Source of the DNA: a virus
Lineage: Duplodnaviria; Heunggongvirae; Uroviricota; Caudoviricetes
Direction: 5' to 3' (one strand)
Virus record (IMG/VR): IMGVR_UViG_2529292719_000024
DNA length: 37,654 nt
Below are positions 8,642 to 17,764 of the stretch, piece after piece. The position numbers and the translations under genes are program-made. Positions within the stretch are counted from its first letter, which is position 1. Every line of letters begins with the position of its first letter. Below the pieces are notes generated by a model that saw only the letters and a list, made by a program, of their open reading frames with translations, was not told the DNA's origin and did no database searches.

Positions 8642-9522
8642 ACACTCCTCGTCAGTATTCTGGCGGCCATTGCACTTAATCCCGGAGACATGCGGTTGAA
8701 TGCTGTTCCGACGGCGTTAAGCTGCCCGGAAACGGTATCCAGAGCACCTGCAATATTTCTTTTGTCCACACCACTCAGCGCAGACTGTGCCTGCTGTACA
8801 TACGTGGCTGCTTCGCTGGCTGTTCTGGCCAGACTGATGGCATCGGGCATGGATTCAGAGAGTGCGTTAAACGCCGGAACACTTTTCCCCAGAGCCCCGG
8901 AGATATTACCCAGTCCGCTCATCAGCCCCGGCACACGGGTCAGTGCGACAACGGGGTTATCCTTCATTTTCTGTGTCACCCGAACGGCGCTGATAGTGGT
9001 CTGGAGTACAGACTGCGCCTGTTTCGCATAGTTGACGCCGTTGCGGATGAACTGCGCCACCCCGGAAGGTGAAGGAATGGCACCGGAGACCGCCCCGACA
9101 CCCGGGAGCTTCGTGCGTATTGCCGGTGGTTGCAGAGGATTTTTCGGGTCACCGGTGTATTCCCGGAGAGACACGGTGGCACTGACAGCCAGCACGTTGC
9201 CGGTACTGTCAGTCTGCTCGCTGGTTGCAGTCACATCGGTAATCACGAACCAGCCGCGATAGTCACCGTTGCCGAAGACCAGCGCCAGTGCCTGATGGGC
9301 TTTCATGGCTGTTCGCAGTCTCGCCAGCTCCACATCGGGTACACAATAATGCTGATGGAAAACCAGAGTTATCTGGATTTCGTCCAGCCTGTCGCCGACG
9401 AACTGCAGGCCAGGCTTACCCCCGATGCGGGCATGCTCCGCATAATCGACGCCGAACGTGGCCTCGAAGCCGTCCCAGTAGGTAATCAGCTCAAACTCAA
9501 TATCACCCAGTACGGCAAACAT
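8638..9522 (-). CDS. tail protein (P2 gpU-like N-terminus / Mu DNA-circularisation protein N-like)
   Basis: 294 aa directly downstream of the tape measure gene, 1-nt overlap; N-terminal region resembles gpU-type tail proteins. Confidence 0.55.
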   Translation of the reverse strand: MFAVLGDIEFELITYWDGFEATFGVDYAEHARIGGKPGLQFVGDRLDEIQITLVFHQHYCVPDVELARLRTAMKAHQALALVFGNGDYRGWFVITDVTATSEQTDSTGNVLAVSATVSLREYTGDPKNPLQPPAIRTKLPGVGAVSGAIPSPSGVAQFIRNGVNYAKQAQSVLQTTISAVRVTQKMKDNPVVALTRVPGLMSGLGNISGALGKSVPAFNALSESMPDAISLARTASEAATYVQQAQSALSGVDKRNIAGALDTVSGQLNAVGTAFNRMSPGLSAMAARILTRSV

Positions 9523-12473
9523 CAGCGGTACTCCTTACGTTGTTTCTGAGCCAGCAGACGCTCCAGCATTTTTTCCAGCTCATGCAGACTCATATTCAGG
9601 GCACCAGTCAGTCCTGCAGGCGCTGTGGTTTCCCTGCCATTGAGGAAAAACTGAGGATTAAAGCTGACCTGGATACCACCAGACGTTCCACCGCCGGTTG
9701 CAGCTGCACCACGGCCTGAATATCCGGCAGCCAAGATTTCAGGCGAGGGGATACGGGGAACATCCGGTGTCATCTCATTTGCCAGACGTTGCCCTGGTAA
9801 AATCGATGCCCGGGTGGAGAGCGGAATAACGGGCATGGAAGACAAACTATTGATTACGGCTCCGATCGCATTTTTAGCAGACGACATAAACCCATTGATA
9901 TCGGGCAACGGCATACTGAAGCGAACACCTGAAGTGTTATCCCGTATTTCTGGCCCCTGAATGCTCACGGGCATTCTGGGGAGCAGTTCACTGGCCATTC
10001 GCTGCCCGGCCAGAGCTGCAAGCGGAGTGGTCCGCTGCAGGCCAATGGCGGCCCCCTGCGCGATATTGTCACCAAAGCCCATAAACACGCGGCTCGGCGA
10101 ATGAATGCCCAGCTTTTCGCTGAACCAGCCACTGATGCTGTCACCCATTCCGGTTACACTGGATTTGAGCGACTCCCATTTGTTTTTGATACCGTTAATC
10201 AGACCGTCGACAAGATGGCCACCGAAGTCGGTGAACTTTGCCGGCAGATCAACACCAAGATATTTCAGCGCAGCTGCAAAGGCTTTATAGAGCAGACCTG
10301 CCGGCGACCAGTTAATCAGCAGCTTACCAGTTCCCGCGATACCGCCGTTAAAGGCTTCCTGAATGTCAGCCCAGCACTGTTTAAACCAGCTACTGATGCT
10401 GTCACCCATTCCGGTTACACTGGATTTGAGCGACCCCCATTTGCTTTTGATACCGTTAATCAGACCGTCGATAAGATGGCCACCGAAGTCGGTGAACTTT
10501 GCCGGCAGAGCAACGCCGAAATATTTCAGCGCAGCCGCAAAGGCTTTATAGAGCAGGCCTGCCGGCGACCAGTTAATCAGCAACTTACCAATTCCCACAA
10601 TGCCGCCGTTAAAGGCTTCCTGAATGTCAGCCCAGCGCTGTTTAAACCAACCACTGACAGCCCCCCAGTTGCGGTAGATAAGGTAAGCTGCTGTCGCGAC
10701 AGCGGTGATAACGAGACCGATGGGATTCATCATCAGCGCTCGCCCAATCCAGAGAACGGCACGTGCAGCGCTCATAAAACCGCGAACGAGGCTGCCCGCC
10801 AGAACTTTGCTGAGTTTCAGTCCTCCGCTGGTCAGTCGGCTGAATCCAGTGACAAGCCAGCGTAATTTGCCACCTTCTCCGAGTGCGGTAGTCAGTCGAT
10901 GCCAGTTGGTCCGGAGTAAAACAGTAGTTTTCCAGACGTTCACAAAGGGGGAAATAAGGAGATTCAGCCCCAGTTTGAGACCAATAGTCGCTATCTTAAT
11001 CGCAAGGAGCGCACTGATGAGCTTAAAAGCCCCACTGACAAATTGCGGGTGAGTCGCTACCCAGTGTTTTGTCCCCTGAATGAGTGGGAGCAGTTCCTGA
11101 GTCAGAGAAATAAAAGATGGAGCTAATTGATCGCCCAGCGTAATTGCCAGATCGCGACTGCTGACCATAAGTGTTTTAGTGGCTTCAAGGGGAGATTTCA
11201 GCCGCTGATCATAAGCACTGGCAAGCAAATCGTTATCCGCAGCCCTGAGAGCACCGGCACGGATCTCTCGATATCTGTCCATGTTGGCCAGCATCGGGCG
11301 GATAAATGCCATGACCTGCATATCCGCGAACATATCGCCCAGACCAAAGTTTTTCGCCAGAGCCTGAAGTGCCTCATCTCTTGCCGTATCATTCTTTATT
11401 TTCATGGCTGATTTGAAGCCGGCCAGCGCTTCGGGGCTTTTGGCATTGAGGTAACGTTCTATAACACTCAACATCCCTTCAATCGGAGAGATCCCCGCAG
11501 CTTTATAACTCGCAATAGATCCCTGCAAATCAATACCCAGATCAGCAAACTGTTTCTGAGTATCGCGGGCAAAAATTTTGGTAAGAAAGTTTTTAAAATT
11601 ATTGGCTGCTTCGTCGGTGGAACCTGCACCGATTTTTGCTATCTGGAGACTGGCCCCGATTTCAGCAACAGCCTCTTTTCCACTGGCAAGACCCGCCATC
11701 ATTGGGGCCAGGGACTGCATCCACTTGACCTGATCCGGGATTTCAAATGACCCCTGGTCACCGGCATAAGCCATAATATTCTGAACGGCACCAAAATCTC
11801 TGGCCGCACCTTTCAGGGAGTTTTGCCAGACTGCGGCCACTTTTGCCCAGTCCTGAGCAGACGTGCGTGTTGCCGTTGCCGCGCGGGCAATATCCGGCAT
11901 CAGAAAACCGATATCTGACACATTATCAATATTGTCGCTGATGAGTGAACCCACCGCCTCCTGCAGCTCATCCTGATACTGATTGTATTTAAGCGCCCAG
12001 CCTTTTATCTGTCCGGCAAGTGCATCCCGCGTTTTATTGTCATATTTTGCGGTGATCGACATATCAATCATTTTGTCCTGAAAAGACATGGACTGCTGAA
12101 CGGCAGGGGAAACCGTATGATAAACAGTCTGTGCCATGCCATACGCTTCAATCCCCTGACCATACAGCGCCATGCGGTTAGCTTTCAGCGCATCACTGGT
12201 AGCGGATGCCGCTGACAGACGGCGCTGCTGGCGCTCAATTTGCTCCATGGTGCGGCTTACCCGCAGCAGCTCGCTGTTGAGATGCTGCATCCGGGAAGAA
12301 CCCAGTTGACCATAACGTTCTGTTGCACGGGTTAAAGCGTTCTGACGTTCCTGCAGGCGGCGTGAGGTATCGCTCAGGGAATCAAGCGCACGGCGGGTAC
12401 CGCTCATTGCAGAACGGAATGTGCTGCCAATCATCCCGCCGATAACAACGCCGACTGAAAACTGTCCCGACAT
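9522..12473 (-). CDS. tail tape measure protein
   Basis: 983 aa, largest ORF in the tail module; coiled-coil N-terminus, internal hydrophobic segments, internal duplication; sits after the chaperone gene. Confidence 0.9.
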   Translation of the reverse strand: MSGQFSVGVVIGGMIGSTFRSAMSGTRRALDSLSDTSRRLQERQNALTRATERYGQLGSSRMQHLNSELLRVSRTMEQIERQQRRLSAASATSDALKANRMALYGQGIEAYGMAQTVYHTVSPAVQQSMSFQDKMIDMSITAKYDNKTRDALAGQIKGWALKYNQYQDELQEAVGSLISDNIDNVSDIGFLMPDIARAATATRTSAQDWAKVAAVWQNSLKGAARDFGAVQNIMAYAGDQGSFEIPDQVKWMQSLAPMMAGLASGKEAVAEIGASLQIAKIGAGSTDEAANNFKNFLTKIFARDTQKQFADLGIDLQGSIASYKAAGISPIEGMLSVIERYLNAKSPEALAGFKSAMKIKNDTARDEALQALAKNFGLGDMFADMQVMAFIRPMLANMDRYREIRAGALRAADNDLLASAYDQRLKSPLEATKTLMVSSRDLAITLGDQLAPSFISLTQELLPLIQGTKHWVATHPQFVSGAFKLISALLAIKIATIGLKLGLNLLISPFVNVWKTTVLLRTNWHRLTTALGEGGKLRWLVTGFSRLTSGGLKLSKVLAGSLVRGFMSAARAVLWIGRALMMNPIGLVITAVATAAYLIYRNWGAVSGWFKQRWADIQEAFNGGIVGIGKLLINWSPAGLLYKAFAAALKYFGVALPAKFTDFGGHLIDGLINGIKSKWGSLKSSVTGMGDSISSWFKQCWADIQEAFNGGIAGTGKLLINWSPAGLLYKAFAAALKYLGVDLPAKFTDFGGHLVDGLINGIKNKWESLKSSVTGMGDSISGWFSEKLGIHSPSRVFMGFGDNIAQGAAIGLQRTTPLAALAGQRMASELLPRMPVSIQGPEIRDNTSGVRFSMPLPDINGFMSSAKNAIGAVINSLSSMPVIPLSTRASILPGQRLANEMTPDVPRIPSPEILAAGYSGRGAAATGGGTSGGIQVSFNPQFFLNGRETTAPAGLTGALNMSLHELEKMLERLLAQKQRKEYR
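10105..10620. repeat. 258-bp in-frame tandem duplication inside the tape measure gene
   Basis: Two consecutive near-identical 86-aa blocks (KQRWADIQEAFNGGIVGIGKLLINWSPAGLLYKAFAAALKYFGVALPAKFTDFGGHLIDGLINGIKSKW... then KQCWADIQEAFNGGIAGTGKLLINWSPAGLLYKAFAAALKYLGVDLPAKFTDFGGHLVDGLINGIKNKW...); antisense ORFs 10105-10290 and 10363-10551 are offset by exactly 258 nt. Confidence 0.8.
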
Positions 12474-12548
12474 AGTGGTTAACCTCCGGGGAAGGTGAAA
12501 AGACGTGAGGGGATAACGCAGAACAGCCGCTACTGGCGGCTGTCTGTA

Positions 12549-12806
12549 CTATGATTTGTCGCCGTACTCGCTTTTGATTTGCTCTTCAGCCTGCTCCAGC
12601 CACATCTCCAGATCGTCAGTATCGAGGGCATCAATCTCCCCCGGCTGAAACCGGAACCATCTCGCCAGCAGCCCCTGCGCCTGCGTCAACGCCCTGGTTG
12701 CTCTCACCCATCCCCGTGATGAGCTGAAATCGTTTCTGTAACTGCAGGTAATCAGCCAGATCCATATTGTCGAGATCTTCCGGGAGAAGACCAGTACTGC
12801 GGGCAA
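12549..12806 (-). CDS. possible frameshift extension of the tail assembly chaperone (E'-like)
   Basis: Overlapping ORF in the +1 frame relative to the chaperone; reading through from the chaperone's last codons would add an acidic tail DALDTDDLEMWLEQAEEQIKSEYGDKS. Only the part after the shift point would be translated. Confidence 0.3.
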   Translation of the reverse strand: MPAVLVFSRKISTIWIWLITCSYRNDFSSSRGWVRATRALTQAQGLLARWFRFQPGEIDALDTDDLEMWLEQAEEQIKSEYGDKS

Positions 12807-12966
12807 TCAGCGGTTCGTCCCAGTCTGCCGGGTTTTTGCTGATTTTGCGCACCTGCTTCAGGTCTTTTACCGTCAGGCGTTTCAGTTCAACCAGCTCAAT
12901 TCTGGTGCCTGCAGCAGTGGTGAAGGGATAAGACAATTTAAAAGTATCGGATGGGGTCTGTGACAT
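12631..12966 (-). CDS. tail assembly chaperone (P2 gpE / Mu gp41-like)
   Basis: 111 aa immediately upstream of the tape measure gene, with an overlapping downstream ORF in another frame; AGGAG ribosome-binding site ~7 nt upstream of the ATG. Confidence 0.65.
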   Translation of the reverse strand: MSQTPSDTFKLSYPFTTAAGTRIELVELKRLTVKDLKQVRKISKNPADWDEPLIARSTGLLPEDLDNMDLADYLQLQKRFQLITGMGESNQGVDAGAGAAGEMVPVSAGGD

Positions 12967-13036
12967 GATTGTGCTCCTGTGTAAGTTCAGGGCAGTATGT
13001 CGGGAGAAGCGCGTGACGGATATTAAAGGAGATTAA

Positions 13037-13060
13037 GAAGAAGGGGCCGGAGCCCCTGTG
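13037..13060 (-). terminator. candidate intrinsic terminator / attenuator inside the tail operon
   Basis: Hairpin GGGGC-CGGA-GCCCC (13043-13056) followed on the minus-strand transcript by U-rich uucuucuuaaucuccuuuaau; lies between the hypothetical gene 13064-13345 and the chaperone. Confidence 0.35.
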
Positions 13061-13063
13061 ATG

Positions 13064-13345
13064 TCAGCAAGTGCGAAACCCCTTGCAGTTACGCAGGAAA
13101 GCGATGAGAAGCGTCTTTCCCTCAGATTTGCCGATGCCGGAGAACCAGTGGTCGGGAGGCTCCCATGCTTCAATCAAATCCGCCAGTTTGCGGGCCTTTG
13201 AACGTGTGCAGTCAATCGGGTCATTGGTTTTACGGGTATTAAAAAGGGTTTCCACCCCCGGAATATCAAGGAGGGTAAACCACGTACCATTTGACATGCC
13301 CAGTGCCGCACATCGTCCTCCTTTATCCGTCAGTTCAACCCTCAC
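13064..13345 (-). CDS. hypothetical protein between tail tube and chaperone genes
   Basis: 93-aa ORF, start 3 nt after the tube gene stop; no recognisable family. Confidence 0.45.
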   Translation of the reverse strand: MRVELTDKGGRCAALGMSNGTWFTLLDIPGVETLFNTRKTNDPIDCTRSKARKLADLIEAWEPPDHWFSGIGKSEGKTLLIAFLRNCKGFRTC

Positions 13346-13347
13346 CG

Positions 13348-13869
13348 TCAGCCCCCGATATTGATACGGTAGTCAGTCAGTTGATCAACACCGCCGACCC
13401 GGAAGATGTTGGCCAGATAGTCCAGTTGCAGCAGCTCTTCACCATCCAGTACCTGTCTGATATACGTGCAGGTGAAGCTACTGGAGAACTCGGCGTTCTC
13501 GTGCTGTTTGAACGTCCCCAGCGGGTTCTTCTTGAACATAATCGTCAGGAAGGTGACCAGCGGGATTTCGTCAATCAGCCCCTGCGAGCTGTAGCGCTGG
13601 ACGCTGGAACGACACTGCAGTGCCAGCGACCTGTACGGGTTCGCGGCAGACAGCATCGCATCGCGGTAAAAGCTGTTCCATTTGATTTCGCCTTCCAGCT
13701 TGTCAAACCCAGCCGGGAGTTCCACCTTACCCACCATCCCCAGCGCCTTGTGTTCCTGCATAATCATGGAGACATCGGGGAGTTTGACTTCCTCAGCCCG
13801 TCCCAGCAGGTTAGTACCATCCAGATAGATGTTGGCATTCGTGATGCGGTTTATCTCAATCTTTGACAT
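13348..13869 (-). CDS. tail tube protein (P2 FII / Mu M-like)
   Basis: 173 aa immediately after the sheath gene (1-nt overlap); N-terminal NANIYLDGTNLLGRAEEVKLP pattern as in contractile-tail tube proteins. Confidence 0.8.
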   Translation of the reverse strand: MSKIEINRITNANIYLDGTNLLGRAEEVKLPDVSMIMQEHKALGMVGKVELPAGFDKLEGEIKWNSFYRDAMLSAANPYRSLALQCRSSVQRYSSQGLIDEIPLVTFLTIMFKKNPLGTFKQHENAEFSSSFTCTYIRQVLDGEELLQLDYLANIFRVGGVDQLTDYRINIGG

Positions 13870-15296
13870 CAGTTGCCCCCTTTCAGGGTTAACAGGTATT
13901 CCGAGGTGATCTCAGTCTCAAACGTCAGTCGCTCCAGCGGCGGTGGTGGCGTATATTTGTAGCTCAGCAACAGGTGCCCGGCGGCCAGCTCCGTCTCCGG
14001 ATTGCGGGCCGGATCAAACCAGCAACGGAAGCCCAGTACCGCACCATCACCAGTCATTTTGCGACCGTAGGCGTTGACCGACTCCGTCAGTGCATCAATC
14101 AGCGCCTGAGTAATCGGCATGTCGATGTACTGCTGGCTGAAATAACGAATGGACTCGTTGATCACATCACCGGTGCGGCGAACGTTCTCAAAGTTACGCA
14201 TATGGGTGACCGTTGGCCATGCTGCCGTCCGGTTACCCCACAGACGAAGGCCGCTGCCGTAACTGCTGAATACCGTGGTGATCCCCTGTTCGTTAAGCAG
14301 GTTCACCTCACTCTGCGGGTCATCAATCATCGCGGACAGCTGGCGCTCCACGCCGGTGATCCCCAGAATCTCCTGATTGGAGGATGACCACCAGTAGCCC
14401 TTGTCCAGATCGACTCTGGCACGCAGACCTGCTGCACGCTGGCTGAGCGGCTCCAGACGCTCTGTGTTTGTCACCGGGTCATATACCTTCACATGCGGAT
14501 AGCACAGACGGACGCGGTCGGAGCTGGTATTGAAGTTGATGGTGCCTTCCGGGCCACGACCTGCCAGAGCCTGTGCAAAGGTGGTACCGACAGGCGCATC
14601 AATGTAGGTTATCGCGCCCAGCTTCTCTGCCATGGCGATAAGCTCAACTGCGACACTCTTCTGGGTGCAGAACACCGGCGCAATCAGAATTTTGGCGAAA
14701 TAGCCGTACAGGTTGAAGCTGTCGTTAAGCAGCTTCATGCCGGTTCGGTTTCCGGCGCTGTTCACCCCGCCGATGATGTCCGCCGCAGTCACCTTCGACG
14801 GGTCCGCGTACTCATAGCTCACCTTCACGCTGCCACCGGCCTCAATAGCCTTGCCCAGGTTCGTGAGCACACCCGCCTGCGCATCAACACGGTAGTCCGT
14901 GTTCGCCGTGTGGGTGGTGCTGCCTTCACTGTTTTTCACCACCACATTAGCGACAACCGGATGCGCCAGTCTGGCCTGCCCTGTCGATTTGTCAAAGGTA
15001 ACCACCTCATCCTCGATCGCCGTTTTATGTTTCGCCGGGTCGAGGACGTTAATGACCAGAACGGTGCCTGCACCATGGTCATAAATCGCATCCAGCGCCT
15101 GCGGAATGGTAAAGCCGGTGAACTGGCTGCCAAATGCCGCTGCGTCTTTCTCAGACAGGCACTGTACCAGCGTATTGACATCCCCCATCGGGGCGGTACC
15201 AATCAGGCCAATAACGGCAGATTTCACCGTTTTAACCGGGCGGGCTCCGTTTTCCACCTCAATGGTTTCGGGACCATGCAGATAGTTAGCTGCCAT
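13869..15296 (-). CDS. tail sheath protein (Mu L-like)
   Basis: 475 aa, directly upstream of the tube gene; size and position typical of a contractile sheath. Confidence 0.85.
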   Translation of the reverse strand: MAANYLHGPETIEVENGARPVKTVKSAVIGLIGTAPMGDVNTLVQCLSEKDAAAFGSQFTGFTIPQALDAIYDHGAGTVLVINVLDPAKHKTAIEDEVVTFDKSTGQARLAHPVVANVVVKNSEGSTTHTANTDYRVDAQAGVLTNLGKAIEAGGSVKVSYEYADPSKVTAADIIGGVNSAGNRTGMKLLNDSFNLYGYFAKILIAPVFCTQKSVAVELIAMAEKLGAITYIDAPVGTTFAQALAGRGPEGTINFNTSSDRVRLCYPHVKVYDPVTNTERLEPLSQRAAGLRARVDLDKGYWWSSSNQEILGITGVERQLSAMIDDPQSEVNLLNEQGITTVFSSYGSGLRLWGNRTAAWPTVTHMRNFENVRRTGDVINESIRYFSQQYIDMPITQALIDALTESVNAYGRKMTGDGAVLGFRCWFDPARNPETELAAGHLLLSYKYTPPPPLERLTFETEITSEYLLTLKGGN

Positions 15297-15540
15297 GGGC
15301 GTCCTCCGTTTTCACTTCGCTGTCACTGCTGCTTCTGCGCTTTGGTGACTGCACAGCCGGTGTGACGGCGGGTTTAGTATCTTCTGGTACCGGCGTCAGA
15401 TGCTTCAGCGCCACCAGTACCTTCACGTAGTCATGCTCCTCCGGCAGGGAAACCGTCTTCCCCGGCCAGAGCAGGATTTCGGTTCCGTCCGACAGCGTGA
15501 CGCCGCTGGCCGGGCCGGAATAGCGGTATTCTTTCATCAC
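15286..15540 (-). CDS. small hypothetical protein (Mu gp38-position)
   Basis: 84-aa ORF overlapping both neighbours in the head-tail joining region. Confidence 0.45.
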   Translation of the reverse strand: MMKEYRYSGPASGVTLSDGTEILLWPGKTVSLPEEHDYVKVLVALKHLTPVPEDTKPAVTPAVQSPKRRSSSDSEVKTEDAHGS

Positions 15541-16001
15541 TCGCTTTCCTCATAGTTCACTTCGGTTAACAGCGGGCCGGACGGTAAATCGCTGTCTTCG
15601 ATAAAGATGCTTTCAGTCGCGAAGTCGAGGGCGTATTGCCACAGCCCCCTGACTTCACCGATAAACACCTCGCGGGTCAGCCAGATACGGCAGCGGCACC
15701 CGGGCGGGGTGTGGCCACCGAGAATGCGGCGGACAGCATCCAGGACATTAATCGCCCCTTTTTTACCGTTGAGCTGGCGGAAGACCACCGTGACGCAGAG
15801 CTGGATAGTCTGAGACTGGATCACCGCACCGGTATCATCCGGCCTGTCAAAGCGCGAACCGGCATAGCTCAGCAGCAACGCGCCAACCGGATGGTTCAGG
15901 CGATATTCAGCCGGTTTCTCCGGGAAGTACTCCACCTGCAGTTGCGGCAGCTTCTCGCGTAACCGGGCCAGCACCGCATCAAGGACGGGCAGAACGTTCA
16001 T
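15537..16001 (-). CDS. Mu gp37-like protein (putative tail completion / head-tail joining)
   Basis: 154 aa; position-conserved between the capsid-proximal genes and the sheath. Confidence 0.5.
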   Translation of the reverse strand: MNVLPVLDAVLARLREKLPQLQVEYFPEKPAEYRLNHPVGALLLSYAGSRFDRPDDTGAVIQSQTIQLCVTVVFRQLNGKKGAINVLDAVRRILGGHTPPGCRCRIWLTREVFIGEVRGLWQYALDFATESIFIEDSDLPSGPLLTEVNYEESE

Positions 16002-16447
16002 CAGTATTTCTCCAGTAAACCGTCACGACCGCCGAAAGTGGCCGGGCGACTGCGTACACGAAACTCGCCAGGCTCAGGCACATCTTTCTGAGTGGACGGC
16101 AGCCCCAGCGTGAGCCTGTTATCACGTAACTCCCTGAGTTGCCGCAGCGCTTCTTTGTGGTCATCCTTCACCGTATCCGGGAGGTCACCTTCCGGGCGGC
16201 GGGCGTAGAGCCGGTAACGGACCAGCGTGATGGCAATGTCCCGCAGAACAGTCGGTATCTCTGCCAGTGGCAGGATATAGCGTCCGCGCAGATGGGCATC
16301 AATCAGCTCGTCGGCATAGCGGATACAGCTGTCCACCACACGGGTATTCACTGTTGCAGGCGAGTCGAAGTCCATCTCTTCACTGGTGAGTTCGATAAGC
16401 GTCCGCTCCGGCACCTGCGCAAGCAAATCCTCCAGGGTGCAGTACAT
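16001..16447 (-). CDS. Mu gp36-like protein (putative head-tail connector)
   Basis: Start refined to the ATG giving MYCTLEDLLAQ..., 1 nt after the upstream gene's stop; the track's longer ORF would overlap that gene by ~160 nt. Confidence 0.5.
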   Translation of the reverse strand: MYCTLEDLLAQVPERTLIELTSEEMDFDSPATVNTRVVDSCIRYADELIDAHLRGRYILPLAEIPTVLRDIAITLVRYRLYARRPEGDLPDTVKDDHKEALRQLRELRDNRLTLGLPSTQKDVPEPGEFRVRSRPATFGGRDGLLEKY

Positions 16448-16448
16448 G

Positions 16449-16787
16449 TCACACCCCGCGCAGGATACGAATGACGTCGCCTTCACCCCCGGCTTCATCA
16501 AGTGCAATACCACAGGATTTACCGTCGCCGGACTGCGGCACGGCTCTGGCCTGAGCATCTGACTGAACAGCCACACCACGGCTGACAGCGGCCCCGGCCT
16601 CGACAGCAATAATGCCCAGAACGCTCACCGGCGTGCTGTCGCCGGTAACAGCATCCACTTCGGCAACCCCGAGCGCTGCGGCACCGGCTTTACAGGGGGT
16701 ATTATCTGCCCCGACAAAACGCTGCTGTGCCAGTGCTGCCCCTGCCGTTACGGTTGTGATCAGAATGACCTGCTGAGTGGTTCCCAT
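16449..16787 (-). CDS. small Gly/Ala/Val-rich head-associated protein (possible decoration protein)
   Basis: 112 aa directly after the major capsid gene. Confidence 0.4.
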   Translation of the reverse strand: MGTTQQVILITTVTAGAALAQQRFVGADNTPCKAGAAALGVAEVDAVTGDSTPVSVLGIIAVEAGAAVSRGVAVQSDAQARAVPQSGDGKSCGIALDEAGGEGDVIRILRGV

Positions 16788-16796
16788 AACGCCTCC

Positions 16797-17750
16797 TTAT
16801 TTACTGATACCGGTAATGAGATACCCGGCATCGCCACCAACCACGGCGACTTTGTAGATATCGGTATAACGGCAGTACTTCACCTTGCCACCGGCTCCGT
16901 CGTATTTGTCGGCAACAGGCATCCCCTTACGACGCAGGGTGTAGCCGAAGGACGGCTCGTTCTCGTCCGCGCTGTCCGCCCCCGGCTGCGGTTTGCCGAC
17001 ATAGTGCAGCATCAGATTGTCTCCCCAGATATCCGCCGGCACGCTGTTCTTATCCATTGCCGCTTTCATGGACGGCAGGGAGACTGGGGCACCGATGACG
17101 ATCTCTTCGATCTGAAAGAGATCCTGCAGGATTTCTGTGGTGATGCGCTTGCGTTCGTTGGCTCCGATGGCGGCCTGAATCGCCGGGTGGAACTTCAGCA
17201 GCGCCATCACGCCGGCCCCCATGGTCATCAGGTTAGGACGCAGCCCCGTGGCCGTACGGACCGCTTCCATACCGGCTTCAATCACCCCGATGGGGTCCCC
17301 CTTACCACCGGCCCAGCGATCACTGGCTGTCAGTTTTTTGACGTGCCCGGTACGGTAGACCTTTTCATCCTGAGCCAGACGGGCAGCGATAAGTTCACGG
17401 CGCAGGTTCACGCCATTCGTGGCGCGACGGATGGCCTTGCTCTCTTCGTTAAACATGGACTCCGCCTGCTCGCGATAGTCCACCGGCGCAGCCAGATCGT
17501 GTTCACCCAGCACCAGGTCCAGCGTGCCTGTTTTTTCACGGACCAGAACATTGCTGTCCGCCCCGACGGCACGCTCGGTGTCATATTCCACAAAGGCGGT
17601 TTTCCCGAAGGTCGGTACACGCACGCCTTCCTTGTCCGTCAGCACGACGGGGAAAATACGTTCGCCGATGAATGCGGCATTTTTATAGCCACGGGCGATA
17701 CTGGTCAGTACCGGATCAACGACACGTTTACCTTTTAAGTAATCAGACAT
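16797..17750 (-). CDS. major capsid protein (Mu T-like)
   Basis: 317 aa following the protease/scaffold gene. Confidence 0.8.
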   Translation of the reverse strand: MSDYLKGKRVVDPVLTSIARGYKNAAFIGERIFPVVLTDKEGVRVPTFGKTAFVEYDTERAVGADSNVLVREKTGTLDLVLGEHDLAAPVDYREQAESMFNEESKAIRRATNGVNLRRELIAARLAQDEKVYRTGHVKKLTASDRWAGGKGDPIGVIEAGMEAVRTATGLRPNLMTMGAGVMALLKFHPAIQAAIGANERKRITTEILQDLFQIEEIVIGAPVSLPSMKAAMDKNSVPADIWGDNLMLHYVGKPQPGADSADENEPSFGYTLRRKGMPVADKYDGAGGKVKYCRYTDIYKVAVVGGDAGYLITGISK

Positions 17751-17764
17751 GCTCTCTCCTTAAA

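Noticed and set aside
10101-11052. Plus-strand ORFs up to 254 aa antisense to the tape measure gene
   Set aside because: Antisense to a strongly supported 983-aa gene; their repetitiveness reflects the tape-measure duplication; no start context.
14493-15365. 290-aa plus-strand ORF antisense to the tail sheath gene
   Set aside because: Same reasoning: antisense to a strongly supported structural gene, with an Arg-rich low-complexity translation.
17004-17738. 244-aa plus-strand ORF antisense to the major capsid gene
   Set aside because: Antisense artefact; no ribosome-binding site and no recognisable protein features.
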